A stretch of 64,000 nucleotides of DNA from assembly GCA_964016885.1 (NCBI GenBank), contig OZ024750.1, positions 42,842,001 through 42,906,000 of the forward strand. Direction: 5' to 3'. A model generated the notes under the pieces. That model searched no databases, had not been told where the DNA came from, and saw only the letters and a program-made list of their open reading frames with translations. Below are positions 17,401 through 33,400 of this stretch, piece by piece. Position numbers and translations under genes: made by a program. Source of the stretch: Eledone cirrhosa (lineage: Eukaryota). How positions within the stretch are numbered: the first letter of the stretch is position 1; each line of letters opens with the position of its first letter.

Positions 17401-19099
17401 CATCATTGTCATTGTCATCACCACAGTTGTCATCATCATTGTCATTGTCACCACCACAGTTGTCATCATCATGTTCACTGTCACCACCACAGATGTCATC
17501 ATCATTGTCACTGTCACCACCACAGTTGTCACCATCACAGTTGTCATCATCATTGTCATTGTCACCACCACAGTTGTCACCATCACAGTTGTCATCATCA
17601 TTGTCATTGTCACAACCACAGTTGTCAACATCACAGTTGTCATCATCATTGTCATTGTCACCACCACAGTTGTCACCATCACAGTTGTCATCATCATTGT
17701 CATTGTCACCACCACAGTTGTCACCATCACAGTTGTCACCATCACAGTTGTCACCATCACAGTTGTCACCATCACAGTTGTCATCATCACAGTTGTCATC
17801 ATCATTGTCATTGTCACCACCACAGTTGTCACCATCACAGTTGTCACCATCACAGTTGTCATCATCATTGTCATTGTCACCACCACAGTTGTCACCATCA
17901 CAGTTGTCACCATCACAGTTGTCATCATCATCGTCATTGTCACCACCACAGTTATCATCATCATTGTCATTGTCACCACCACAGTTGTCATCATCATTGT
18001 CACTGTCACCACCACAGTTGTCATCATCATTGTCATTGTCACCACCACAGTTGTCATCATCATTGTCATTGTCACCACCACAGTTGTCATCATCATTGTT
18101 ATTGTCACCACCACAGTTGTCATCATCATTGTTATTGTCACCACCACAGTTGTCATCATCATTGTCACTGTCACCACCACAGTTGTCACCATCATTGTCA
18201 CTGTCACCACCACAGTTGTCATCATCATTGTCATTGTCACCACCACAGTTGTCATCATCATTGTCATTGTCACCACCACAGTTGTCATCATCATTGTTAT
18301 TGTCACCACCACAGTTGTCATCATCATTGTCACTGTCACCACCACAGTTGTCATCATCATCGTCATTGTCACCACCACAGTTGTCATCATCATTGTAACT
18401 GTCACCACCACAGTTGTGATCATCATTGTCATTGTCACCACCACAGTTGTCATCATCATTGTTATTGTTACCACCACAGTTGTCATCATCATTGTCATTG
18501 TCATCACCACAGTTGTCATCATCATTGTCATTGTCACCACCACAGTTGTCATCATCATTTTCACTGTCACCACCACAGTTGTCATCATCATTGTCACTGT
18601 CACCACCACAGTTGTCACCATCACAGTTGTCATCATCATTGTCATTGTCACCACCACAGTTGTCACCATCACAGTTGTCATCATCATTGTCATTGTCACC
18701 ACCACAGTTGTCACCATCACAGTTGTCATCATCATTGTCATTGTCACCACCACAGTTGTCAACATCACAGTTGTCATCATCATTGTCATTGTCACCACCA
18801 CAGTTGTCACCATCACAGTTGTCATCATCATTGTCATTGTCACCACCACAGTTGTCACCATCACAGTTGTCATCATCATTGTCATTGTCACCACCACAGT
18901 TGTCACCATCACAGTTGTCACCATCACAGTTGTCATCATCATTGTCATTGTCACCATCACAGTTGTCATCATCATTGTCATTGTCACCACCACAGTTGTC
19001 ACCATCACAGTTGTCACCATCACAGTTGTCATCATCATTGTCATTGTCACCACCACAGTTGTCACCATCACAGTTGTCACCATCACAGTTGTCACCATC

Positions 19100-20070
19100 A
19101 CAGTTCTCATCATCACAGTTGTCATCATCATTGTCATTGTCACCACCACAGTTGTCACCATCACAGTTGTCATCATCATTGTCATTGTCACCACCACAGT
19201 TGTCACCATCACAGTTGTCACCATCACAGTTGTCACCATCACAGTTGTCATCATCACAGTTGTCATCATCATTGTCATTGTCACCACCACAGTTGTCACC
19301 ATCACAGTTGTCACCATCACAGTTGTCATCATCATTGTCATTGTCACCACCACAGTTGTCACCATCACAGTTGTCACCACCACAGTTGTCACCATCACAG
19401 TTGTCATCATCACAGTTGTCATCATCATTGTCATTGTCACCACCACAGTTGTCACCATCACAGTGGTCACCATCACAGTTGTCATCATCATTGTCATTGT
19501 CACCACCACAGTTGTCACCATCACAGTTGTCACCATCACAGTTGTCACCATCACAGTTGTCATCATCACAGTTGTCATCATCATTGTCATTGTCACCACC
19601 ACAGTTGTCACCATCACAGTTGTCACCATCACAGTTGTCATCATCATTGTCATTGTCACCACCACAGTTGTCACCATCACAGTTGTCACCATCACAGTTG
19701 TCACCATCACAGTTGTCATCATCACAGTTGTCATCATCATTGTCATTGTCACCACCACAGTTGTCACCATCACAGTTGTCACCATCACAGTTGTCATCAT
19801 CATTGTCATTGTCACCACCACAGTTGTCACCATCACAGTTGTCACCATCACAGTTATCACCATCACAGTTGTCATCATCACAGTTGTCATCATCATTGTC
19901 ATTGTCACCACCACAGTTGTCACCATCACAGTTGTCACCATCACAGTTGTCATCATCATTGTCATTGTCACCACCACAGTTGTCACCATCACAGTTGTCA
20001 CCATCACAGTTGTCACCATCACAGTTGTCATCATCACAGTTGTCATCATCATTGTCATTGTCACCACGAC
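19100..20070. repeat. 156-bp higher-order repeat (33+15+15+33+15+15+15+15)
   Basis: The marker 15-mer CACAGTTGTCATCAT starts at 19240, 19396, 19552, 19708, 19864 and 20020, an exact 156-bp spacing. Confidence 0.92.
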
Positions 20071-20619
20071 AGTTGTCACCATCACAGTTGTCACCATCAC
20101 AGTTGTCATCATCATTGTCATTGTCACCACCACAGTTGTCACCATCATATTTGTCACCATCACAGTTGTCACCATCACAGTTGTCACCATCACAGTTGTC
20201 ATCATCATTGTCATTGTCACCACCACAGTTGTCACCATCACAGTTGTCACCATCACAGTTGTCACCATCACAGTTGTCATCACCACAGTTGTCATCATCA
20301 TTGTCATTGTCACCACCACAGTTGTCACCATCACAGTTGTCACCATCACAGTTGTCACCATCACAGTTGTCATCATCATTGTCATTGTCACCACCACAGT
20401 TGTCACCGTCACAGTTGTTACCATCACAGTTGTCATCATCATTGTCATTGTCACCACCACAGTTGTCACCATCACAGTTGTCATCATCATTGTCATTGTC
20501 ACCACCACAGTTGTCACAATCACAGTTGTCACCATCACAGTTGTCATCATCATTGTCATTGTCACCACCACAGTTGTCACCACCACAGTTGTCACCACCA
20601 CAGTTGTCATCATCATTGT

Positions 20620-23600
20620 CATTGTCACCACCACAGTTGTCATCATCATTGTCACTGTCACCAACACAGTTGTCATCATCATTGTCATTGTCACCACCAC
20701 AGTTGTCATCATCATTGTCATTGTCACCACCACAGTTGTCATCATCATTGTCACTGTCACCACCACAGTTGTCATCATCATTGTCACTGTCACCACCGCA
20801 GTTGTCACCATCACAGTTGTCATCATCATTGTCATTGTCACCACCACAGTTGTCATCATCATTGTCACTGTCACCACCACAGTTGTCACCATCACAGTTG
20901 TCATCATCATTGTCATTGTCACCACCACAGTTGTCATCATCATTGTCATTGTCACCACCACAGTTGTCATCATCATTGTCACTGTCACCACCACAGTTGT
21001 CACCATCACAGTTGTCATCATCATTGTCACTGTCACCACCACAGTTGTCATCATCATTGTCACTGTCACCACCACAGTTGTCATCATCATTGTCACTGTC
21101 ACCACCACAGTTGTCATCATCATTGTCACTGTCACCACCACAGTTGTCACCATCACAGTTGTCATCATCATTGTCACTGTCACCACCACAGTTGTCATCA
21201 TCATTGTAACTGTCACCACCACAGTTGTCATCATCATTGTCACTGTCACCACCACAGTTGTCATCATCATTGTCATTGTCACCACCACAGTTGTCATCAT
21301 CATTGTCATTGTCACCACCACAGTTGTCATCATCATTGTCATTGTCACCACCACAGTTGTCATCATCATTGTCATTGTCACCACCACAGTTGTCATCATC
21401 ATTGTCACTGTCACCACCACAGTTATCATTGTCATTGTCACCACCACAGTTGTCATCATCATTGTCATTGTCACCACCACAGTTGTCATCATCATTGTCA
21501 TTGTCACCACCACAGTTGTCATCATCATTGTCATTGTCACCACCACAGTTGTCATCATCATTGTCATTGTCACCACCACAGTTGTCATCATCATTGTCAT
21601 TGTCACCACCACAGTTGTCATCATCATTGTCATTGTCACCACCACAGTTGTCATCATCATTGTCACTGTCACCACCACAGTTGTCATCATCATTGTCATT
21701 GTCACCATCACAGTTGTCATCATCATTGTCATTGTCACCACCACAGTTGTCACCATCACAGTTGTCAACATCACAGTTGTCACCATCACAGTTGTCATCA
21801 TCACAGTTGTCATCATCATTGTCATTGTCACCACCACAGTTGTCACCATCACAGTTGTCACCATCACAGTTGTCCTCATCATTGTCATTGTCACCACCAC
21901 AGTTGTCACCATCACAGTTGTCACCATCACAGTTGTCACCATCACAGTTGTCATCATCACAGTTGTCATCATCATTGTCATTGTCACCACCACAGTTGTC
22001 ACCATCACAGTTGTCACCATCACAGTTGTCATCATCATTGTCATTGTCACCACCACAGTTGTCACCATCACAGTTGTCACCATCACAGTTGTCACCATCA
22101 CAGTTGTCATCATCACAGTTGTCATCATCATTGTCATTGTCACCACCACAGTTGTCACCATCACAGTTGTGACCATCACAGTTGGCATCATCATTGTCAT
22201 TGTCACCACCACAGTTGTCACCATCACAGTTGTCACCATCACAGTTGTCACCATCACAGTTGTCATCATCACAGTTGTCATCATCATTGTCATTGTCACC
22301 ACCACAGTTGTCACCATCACAGTTGTCACCATCACAGTTGTCATCATCATTGTCATTGTCACCACCACAGTTGTCACCATCACAGTTGTCACCATCACAG
22401 TTGTCACCATCACAGTTGTCATCATCACAGTTGTCATCATCATTGTCATTGTCACCACCACAGTTGTCACCATCACAGTTGTCACCATCACAGTTGTCAC
22501 CATCACAGTTGTCACCATCACAGTTGTCATCATCACAGTTGTCATCATCATTGTCATTGTCACCACCACAGTTGTCACCATCACAGTTGTCACCATCACA
22601 GTTGTCATCATCATTGTCATTGTCACCACCACAGTTGTCACCATCATAGTTGTCACCATCACAGTTGTCACCATCACAGTTGTCACCATCACAGTTGTCA
22701 CCATCACAGTTGTCATCACCACAGTTGTCATCATCATTGTCATTGTCACCACCACAGTTGTCACCATCACAGTTGTCACCATCACAGTTGTCACCATCAC
22801 AGTTGTCATCATCATTGTCATTGTCACCACCACAGTTGTCACCATCACAGTTGTCATCATCATTGTCATTGTCACCACCACAGTTGTCACCATCACAGTT
22901 GTCATCATCAATGTCATTGTCACCACCACAGTTGTCACAATCACAGTTGTCACCATCACAGTTGTCATCATCATTGTCATTGTCACCACCACAGTTGTCA
23001 CCACCACAGTTGTCATCATCATTGTCATTGTCACCACCACAGTTGTCATCATCATTGTCACTGTCACCACCACAGTTGTCATCATCATTGTTATTGTCAC
23101 CACCACAGTTGTCATCATCATTGTCATTGTCACCACCACAGTTGTCATCATCATTGTCACTGTCACCACCACAGTTGTCATCATCATTGTCACTGTCACC
23201 ACCACAGTTGTCATCATCATTGTTATTGTCACCACCACAGTTGTCTTCATCATTGTCATTGTCACCACCACAGATGTCATCATCATTGTCATTGTCACCA
23301 CCACAGTTGTCATCATCATTGTCACTGTCACCACCACAGTTGTCATCATCATTGTCATTGTCACCACCACAGTTGTCATCATCATTGTCACTGTCACCAC
23401 CACAGTCGTCATCATCATTGTCACTGTCACCACCGCAGTTGTCACCATCACAGTTGTCATCATCATTGTCATTGTCACCACCACAGTTGTCATCATCATT
23501 GTCACTGTCACCACCACAGTTGTCACCATCACAGTTGTCATCATCATTGTCATTGTCACCACCACAGTTGTCATCATCATTGTCACTGTCACCAACACAG

Positions 23601-26600
23601 TTGTCATCATCATTGTCATTGTCACCACCACAGTTGTCATCATCATTGTCATTGTCACCACCACGTTGTCATCATCATTGTCACTGTCACCAACACAGTT
23701 GTCATCATCATTGTCATTGTCACCACCACAGTTGTCATCATCATTGTCACTGTCACCACCACAGTTGTCATCATCATTGTCACTGTCACCACCGCAGTTG
23801 TCACCATCACAGTTGTCATCAACATTGTCATTGTCACCACCACAGTTGTCATCATCATTGTTACTGTCACCACCACAGTTGTCACCATCACAGTTGTCAT
23901 CATCATTGTCATTGTCACCACCACAGTTGTCATCATCATTGTCATTGTCACCACCACAGTTGTCATCATCATTGTCACTGTCACCACCACAGTTGTCACC
24001 ATCACAGTTGTCATCATCATTGTCACTGTCACCACCACAGTTGTCATCATCATTGTCACTGTCACCACCACAGTTGTCATCATCATTGTCACTGTCACCA
24101 CCACAGTTGTCATCATCATTGTCACTGTCACCACCACAGTTGTCACCATCACAGTTGTCATCATCATTGTCACTGTCACCACCACAGTTGTCATCATCAT
24201 TGTAACTGTCACCACCACAGTTGTCATCATCATTGTCACTGTCACCACCACAGTTGTCATCATCATTGTCATTGTCACCACCACAGTTGTCAAAATCATT
24301 GTCATTGTCACCACCACAGTTGTCATCATCATTGTCATTGTCACCACCACAGTTGTCATCATCATTGTCATTGTCACCACCACAGTTGTCATCATCATTG
24401 TCATTGTCACCACCACAGTTGTCATCATCATTGTCACTGTCACCACCACAGTTGTCATCATCATTGTCATTGTCACCACCACAGTTGTCATCATCATTGT
24501 CATTGTCACCACCACAGTTGTCATCATCATTGTCATTGTCACCACCACAGTTGTCATCATCATTGTCATTGTCACCACCACAGTTGTCATCATCATTGTC
24601 ATTGTCACCACCACAGTTGTCATCATCATTGTCATTGTCACCACCACAGTTGTCATCATCATTGTCATTGTCACCACCACAGTTGTCATCATCATTGTCA
24701 CTGTCACCACCACAGTTGTCATCATCATTGTCATTGTCACCATCACAGTTGTCATCATCATTGTCATTGTCACCACCACAGTTGTCACCATCACAGTTGT
24801 CACCATCACAGTTGTCACCATCACAGTTGTCATCATCACAGTTGTCATCATCATTGTCATTGTCACCACCACAGTTGTCACCATCACAGTTGTCACCATC
24901 ACAGTTGTCATCATCATTGTCATTGTCACCACCACAGTTGTCACCATCACAGTTGTCATCATCACCGTTGTCACCATCACGGTTGTCATCATCACAGTTG
25001 TCATCATCATTGTCATTGTCACCACCACAGTTGTCACCATCACAGTTGTCACCATCACAGTTGTCATCATCATTGTCATTGTCACCACCACAGTTGTCAC
25101 CATCACAGTTGTCACCATCACAGTTGTCACCATCACAGTTGTCATCATCACAGTTGTCATCATCATTGTCATTGTCACCACCACAGTTGTCACCATCACA
25201 GTTGTGACCATCACAGTTGGCATCATCATTGTCATTGTCACCACCACAGTTGTCACCATCACAGTTGTCACCATCACAGTTGTCACCATCACAGTTGTCA
25301 TCATCACAGTTGTCATCATCATTGTCATTGTCACCACCACTGTTGTCACCATCACAGTTGTCACCATCACAGTTGTCATCATCATTGTCATTGTCACCAC
25401 CACAGTTGTCACCATCACAGTTGTCACCATCACAGTTGTCACCATCACAGTTGTCATCATCACAGTTGTCATCATCATTGTCATTGTCACCACCACAGTT
25501 GTCACCATCACAGTTGTCACCATCACAGTTTTCATCATCATTGTCATTGTCACCATCACAGTTGTCACCATCACAGTTGTCACCATCACAGTTGTCACCA
25601 TCACAGTTGTCACCATCACAGTTGTCATCATCATTGTCATTGTCACCACCACAGTTGTCATCATCACAGTTGTCATCATCATTGTCATTGTCACCACCAC
25701 AGTTGTCACCATCACAGTTGTCACCATCACAGTTGTCATCATCATTGTCATTGTCACCACCACAGTTGTCACCATCATAGTTGTCACCATCACAGTTGTC
25801 ACCATCACAGTTGTCACCATCACAGTTGTTACCATCACAGTTGTCATCACCACAGTTGTCATCATCATTGTCATTGTCACCACCACAGTTGTCACCATCA
25901 CAGTTGTCACCATCACAGTTGTCACCATCACAGTTGTCATCATCATTGTCATTGTCACCACCACAGTTGTCACCATCACAGTTGTCACCATCACAGTTGT
26001 CATCATCATTGTCATTGTCACCACCACAGTTGTCACCATCACAGTTGTCATCATCATTGTCATTGTCACCACCACAGTTGTCACAATCACAGTTGTCACC
26101 ATCACAGTTGTCATCATCATTGTCATTGTCACCACCACAGTTGTCACCACCACAGTTGTCATCATCATTGTCATTGTCCCCACCACAGTTGTCATCATCA
26201 TTGTCACTGTCACCACCACAGTTGTCATCATCATTGTTATTGTCACCACCACAGTTGTCATCATCATTGTCATTGTCACCACCACAGTTCTCATCATCAT
26301 TGTCACTGTCACCACCACAGTTGTCATCATCATTGTCACTGTCACCACCACAGTTGTCATCATCATTGTTATTGTCACCACCACAGTTGTCATCATCATT
26401 GTCATTGTCACCACCACAGTTGTCATCATCATTGTCATTGTCACCACCACAGTTGTCATCATCATTGTCACTGTCACCACCACAGTTGTCATCATCATTG
26501 TCACTGTCACCACCACAGTTGTCATCATCATTGTCATTGTCACCACCACAGTTGTCATCATCATTGTCATTGTCACCACCACAGTTGTCATCATCATTGT

Positions 26601-26700
26601 CACTGTCACCACCACAGTTGTCATCATCATTGTCACTGTCACCACCGCAGTTGTCACCATCACAGTTGTCATCATCATTGTCATTGTCACCACCACAGTT
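20620..26700. repeat. Tandem duplication, period about 3.0 kb
   Basis: CCGCA (20798/23794) and TAA stops (21209/24205) share offset 2996. The GTGACC...GTTGGC stops at 22172/25207 have offset 3035. Confidence 0.82.
21710..22460. repeat. 156-bp higher-order repeat, second tract
   Basis: The marker 15-mer starts at 21787, 21943, 22099, 22255 and 22411. Confidence 0.9.
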
Positions 26701-28299
26701 GTCATCATCATTGTCACTGTCACCACCACAGTTGTCATCATCATTGTCATTGTCACCATCACAGTTGTCATCATCATTGTCATTGTCACCATCACAGTTG
26801 TCATCATCACAGTTGTCATCATCATTGTCATTGTCACCACCACAGTTGTCACCATCACAGTTGTCACCATCACAGTTGTCACCATCACAGTTGTCATCAT
26901 CACAGTTGTCATCATCATTGTCATTGTCACCACCACAGTTGTCACCATCACAGTTGTCACCATCACAGTTGTCATCATCATTGTCATTGTCACCACCACA
27001 GTTGTCACCATCACAGTTGTCACCATCACAGTTGTCACCATCACAGTTGTCATCATCACAGTTGTCATCATCATTGTCATTGTCACCACCACAGTTGTCA
27101 CCATCACAGTTGTCACCATCACAGTTGTCATCATCATTGTCATTGTCACCACCACAGTTGTCACCATCACAGTTGTCACCATCACAGTTGTCACCATCAC
27201 AGTTGTCACCATCACAGTTGTCATCATCACAGTTGTCATCATCATTGTCATTGTCACCACCACAGTTGTCACCATCACAGTTGTCACCATCATAGTTGTC
27301 ATCATCATTGTCATTGTCACCACCACAGTTGTCACCATCATAGTTGTCACCATCACAGTTGTCACCATCACAGTTGTCACCATCACAGTTGTCACCATCA
27401 CAGTTGTCATCACCACAGTTGTCATCATCATTGTCATTGTCACCACCACAGTTGTCACCATCACAGTTGTCACCATCACAGTTGTCATCATCATTGTCAT
27501 TGTCACCACCACAGTTGTCACCATCACAGTTGTCACCATCACAGTTGTCATCATCATTGTCATTGTCACCACCACAGTTGTCACAATCACAGTTGTCACC
27601 ATCACAGTTGTCATCATCATTGTCATTGTCACCACCACAGTTGTCACCACCACAGTTGTCATCATCATTGTCATTGTCACCACCACAGTTGTCATCATCA
27701 TTGTCACTGTCACCACCACAGTTGTCATCATCATTGTTATTGTCACCACCACAGTTGTCATCATCATTGTCATTGTCACCACCACAGTTGTCATCATCAT
27801 TGTCACTGTCACCACCACAGTTGTCATCATCATTGTCACTGTCACCACCACAGTTGTCATCATCATTGTTATTGTCACCACCACAGTTGTCATCATCATT
27901 GTCATTGTCACCACCACAGTTGTCATCATCATTGTCATTGTCACCACCACAGTTGTCATCATCATTGTCACTGTCACCACCACAGTTGTCATCATCATTG
28001 TCATTGTCACCACCACAGTTGTCATCATCATTGTCACTGTCACCACCACAGTTGTCATCATCATTGTCACTGTCACCACCGCAGTTGTCACCATCACAGT
28101 TGTCATCATCATTGTCATTGTCACCACCACAGTTGTCATCATCATTGTCACTGTCACCACCACAGTTGTCACCACCACAGTTGTCATCATCATTGTCATT
28201 GTCACCACCACAGTTGTCATCATCATTGTCACTGTCACCACCACAGTTGTCACCATCACAGTTGTCATCATCATTGTCACTGTCACCACCACAGTTGTC

Positions 28300-30300
28300 A
28301 TCATCATTGTCACTGTCACCACCACAGTTGTCATCATCATTGTCACTGTCACCACCACAGTTGTCATCATCATTGTCATTGTCACCACCACAGTTGTCAT
28401 CATCATTGTCACTGTCACCACCACAGTTGTCATCATCATTGTCACTGTCACCACCGCAGTTGTCACCATCACAGTTGTCATCATCATTGTCATTGTCACC
28501 ACCACAGTTGTCATCATCATTGTCATTGTCACCACCACAGTTGTCATCATCATTGTCACTGTCACCACCACAGTTGTCACCATCACAGTTGTCATCATCA
28601 TTGTCACTGTCACCACCACAGTTGTCATCATCATTGTCACTGTCACCACCACAGTTGTCATCATCATTGTCACTGTCACCACCACAGTTGTCATCATCAT
28701 TATCACTGTCACCACCACAGTTGTCATCATCATTGTCACTGTCACCACCACAGTTGTCATCATCATTGTCATTGTCACCACCATAGTTGTCATCATCATT
28801 GTCATTGTCACCACCACAGTTGTCATCATCATTGTCATTGTCACCACCACAGTTGTCATCATCATTGTCATTGTCACCACCACAGTTGTCATCATCATTG
28901 TCATTGTCACCACCACAGTTGTCATCATCATTGTCACTGTCACCCCCACAGTTGTCATCATCATTGTCATTGTCACCACCACAGTTGTCATCATCATTGT
29001 CATTGTCACCACCACAGTTGTCATCATCATTGTCATTGTCACCACCACAGTTGTCATCATCATTGTCATTGTCACCACCACAGTTGTCATCATCATTGTC
29101 ATTGTCACCACCACAGTTGTCATCATCATTGTCACTGTCACCACCACAGTTGTCATCATCATTGTCATTGTCACCATCACAGTTGTCATCATCATTGTCA
29201 TTGTCACCACCACAGTTGTCACCATCACAGTTGTCACCATCACAGTTGTCACCATCACAGTTGTCACCATCACAGTTGTCATCATCATTGTCATTGTCAC
29301 CACCACAGTTGTCATCATCATTGTCATTGTCACCACCACAGTTGTCATCATCATTGTCACTGTCACCACCACAGTTGTCATCATCATTGTCACTGTCACC
29401 ACCGCAGTTGTCACCATCACAGTTGTCATCATCATTGTCATTGTCACCACCACAGTTGTCATCATCATTGTCACTGTCACCACCACAGTTGTCACCATCA
29501 CAGTTGTCATCATCATTGTCATTGTCACCACCACAGTTGTCATCATCATTGTCATTGTCACCACCACAGTTGTCATCATCATTGTCACTGTCACCACCAC
29601 AGTTGTCACCATCACAGTTGTCATCATCATTGTCACTGTCACCACCACAGTTGTCATCATCATTGTCACTGTCACCACCACAGTTGTCATCATCATTGTC
29701 ACTGTCACCACCACAGTTGTCATCATCATTGTCACTGTCACCACCACAGTTGTCATCATCATTGTCACTGTCACCACCACAGTTGTCATCATCATTGTCA
29801 TTGTCACCACCACAGTTGTCATCATCATTGTCATTGTCACCACCACAGTTGTCATCATCATTGTCATTGTCACCACCACAGTTGTCATCATCATTGTCAT
29901 TGTCACCACCACAGTTGTCATCATCATTGTCATTGTCACCACCACAGTTGTCATCATCATTGTCACTGTCACCCCCACAGTTGTCATCATCATTGTCATT
30001 GTCACCACCACAGTTGTCATCATCATTGTCATTGTCACCACCACAGTTGTCATCATCATTGTCATTGTCACCACCTCAGTTGTCATCATCATTGTCATTG
30101 TCACCACCACAGTTGTCATCATCATTGTCATTGTCACCACCACAGTTGTCATCATCATTGTCACTGTCACCACCACAGTTGTCATCATCATTGTCATTGT
30201 CACCATCACAGTTGTCATCATCATTGTCATTGTCACCACCACAGTTGTCACCATCACAGTTGTCACCATCACAGTTGTCACCATCACAGTTGTCATCATC
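28300..30300. repeat. Tandem duplication, period about 1029 bp
   Basis: ACCCCCAC variant at 28943 and 29972 with matching flanking unit order. Confidence 0.65.
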
Positions 30301-30449
30301 ACAGTTGTCATCATCATTGTCATTGTCACCACCACAGTTGTCACCATCACAGTTGTCACCATCACAGTTGTCATCATCATTGTCATTGTCACCACCACAG
30401 TTGTCACCATCACAGTTGTCACCATCACAGTTGTCACCATCACAGTTGT

Positions 30450-33400
30450 CATCATCACAGTTGTCATCATCATTGTCATTGTCACCACCACAGTTGTCAC
30501 CATCACAGTTGTCACCATCACAGTTGTCATCATCATTGTCATTGTCACCACCACAGTTGTCACCATCACAGTTGTCACCATCACACTTGTCACCATCACA
30601 GTTGTCATCATCACAGTTGTCATCATCATTGTCACCACCACAGTTGTCACCATCACAGTTGTGACCATCACAGTTGTCATCATCATTGTCATTGTCACCA
30701 CCACAGTTGTCACCATCACAGTTGTCACCATCACAGTTGTCACCATCACAGTTGTCATCATCACAGTTGTCATCATCATTGTCATTGTCACCACCACAGT
30801 TGTCACCATCACAGTGGTCACCATCACAGTTGTCACCATCACAGTTGTCATCATCACAGTTGTCATCATCATTGTCATTGTCACCACCACAGTTGTCACC
30901 ATCACAGTGGTCACCATCACAGTTGTCATCATCATTGTCATTGTCACCACCACAGTTGTCACCATCACAGTTGTCACCATCACAGTTGTCACCATCACAG
31001 TTGTCACCATCACAGTTGTCATCATCATTGTCATTGTCACCACCTCAGTTGTCACCATCACAGTTGTCACCATCACAGTTGTCACCATCACAGTTGTCAT
31101 CATCACAGTTGTCATCATCATTGTCATTGTCACCACCACAGTTGTCACCATCACAGTTGTCACCATCACAGTTGTCATCATCATTGTCATTGTCACCACC
31201 ACAGTTGTCACCATCACAGTTGTCACCATCACAGTTGTCACCATCACAGTTGTCACCATCACAGTTGTCATCATCACAGTTGTCATCATCATTGTCATTG
31301 TCACCACCACAGTTGTCACCATCACAGTTGTCACCATCACAGTTGTCATCATCATTGTCATTGTCACCACCACAGTTGTCACCATCATAGTTGTCACCAT
31401 CACAGTTGTCACCATCACAGTTGTCACCATCACAGTTGTCATCATCATTGTCATTGTCACCACCACAGTTGTCACCATCACAGTTGTCATCATCATTGTC
31501 ATTGTCACCACCACAGTTGTCACAATCACAGTTGTCACCATCACAGTTGTCATCATCATTGTCATTGTCACCACCACAGTTGTCACCATCACAGTTGTCA
31601 CCATCACAGTTGTCATCATCATTGTCATTGTCACCACCACAGTTGTCACCATCACAGTTGTCATCATCACAGTTGTCATCATCATTGTCATTGTCACCAC
31701 CACAGTTGTCACCATTACAGTTGTCACCATCACAGTTGTCATCATCATTGTCATTGTCACCACCACAGTTGTCACCACCACAGTTGTCATCATCATTGTC
31801 ATTGTCACCACCACAGTTGTCATCATCATTGTCACTGTCACCACCACAGTTGTCATCATCATTGTCATTGTCACCACCACAGTTGTCATCATCATTGTCA
31901 TTGTCACCACCACAGTTGTCATCATCATTGTCACTGTCACCACCACAGTTGTCATCATCATTGTCATTGTCACCACCACAGTTGTCATCATCATTGTCAC
32001 TGTCACCACCACAGTTGTCATCATCATTGTCACTGTCACCACCGCAGTTGTCACCATCACAGTTGTCATCATCATTGTCATTGTCACCACCACAGTTGTC
32101 ATCATCATTGTCACTGTCACCACCACAGTTGTCACCATCACAGTTATCATTGTCATTGTCACCACCACAGTTGTCATCATCATTGTCATTGTCACCACCA
32201 CAGTTGTCATCATCATTGTCACTGTCACCACCACAGTTGTCACCATCACAGTTGTCATCATCATTGTCACTGTCACCACCACAGTTGTCATCATCATTGT
32301 CACTGTCACCACCACAGTTGTCATCATCATTGTCACTGTCACCACCACAGTTGTCACCATCACAGTTGTCATCATCATTGTCACTGTCACCACTACAGTT
32401 GTCATCATCATTGTCACTGTCATCACCACAGTTGTCACCATCACAGTTGTCATCATCATTGTCACTGTAACCACCACAGTTGTCATCATCATTGTCACTG
32501 TCACCACCACAGTTGTCATCATCATTGTCACTGTCACCACCACAGTTGTCATCATCATTGTCACTGTCACCACCACAGTTGTCATCATCATTGTCATTGT
32601 CACCACCACAGTTGTCATCATCATTGTCACTGTCACCACCACAGTTGTCATCATCATTGTCATTGTCATCACCACAGTTGTCATCATCATTGTCATTGTC
32701 ACCACCACAGTTGTCATCATCATTGTCATTGTCACCACCACAGTTGTCATCATCATTGTCATTGTCACCACCACAGTTGTCATCATCATTGTCATTGTCA
32801 CCACCACAGTTGTCATCATCATTCTCACTGTCACCACCACAGTTGTCATCATCATTGTCATTGTCACCACCACAGTTCTCATCATCATTGTCATTGTCAC
32901 CACCACAGTTGTCATCATCATTGTCATTGTCACCACCACAGTTGTCATCATCATTGTCATTGTCACCACCACAGTTGTCATCATCATTGTCACTGTCACC
33001 ACCACAGTTGTCATCATCACAGTTGTCATCATCATTGTCATTGTCACCACCACAGTTGTCACCATCACAGTTGTCACCATCACAGTTGTCATCATCATTG
33101 TCATTGTCACCACCACAGTTGTCACCATCACAGTTGTCACCATCACACTTGTCACCATCACAGTTGTCATCATCACAGTTGTCATCATCATTGTCACCAC
33201 CACAGTTGTCACCATCACAGTTGTGACCATCACAGTTGTCATCATCATTGTCATTGTCACCACCACAGTTGTCACCATCACAGTTGTCACCATCACAGTT
33301 GTCACCATCACAGTTGTCATCATCACAGTTGTCATCATCATTGTCATTGTCACCACCACAGTTGTCACCATCACAGTGGTCACCATCACAGTTGTCACCA

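Larger units (their letters stand above)
60..20700. repeat. Long-range duplication: about 0.06-7 kb reappears, with internal deletions, at about 14.1-20.7 kb
   Basis: Offset 14091 for CCCGG (301/14392) and GTCAAC (1397/15488). Offset 12924 for CATGTTCAC...CAGATG (4549/17473). Offset 12876 for the TAA stops (5522/18398). Confidence 0.8.
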
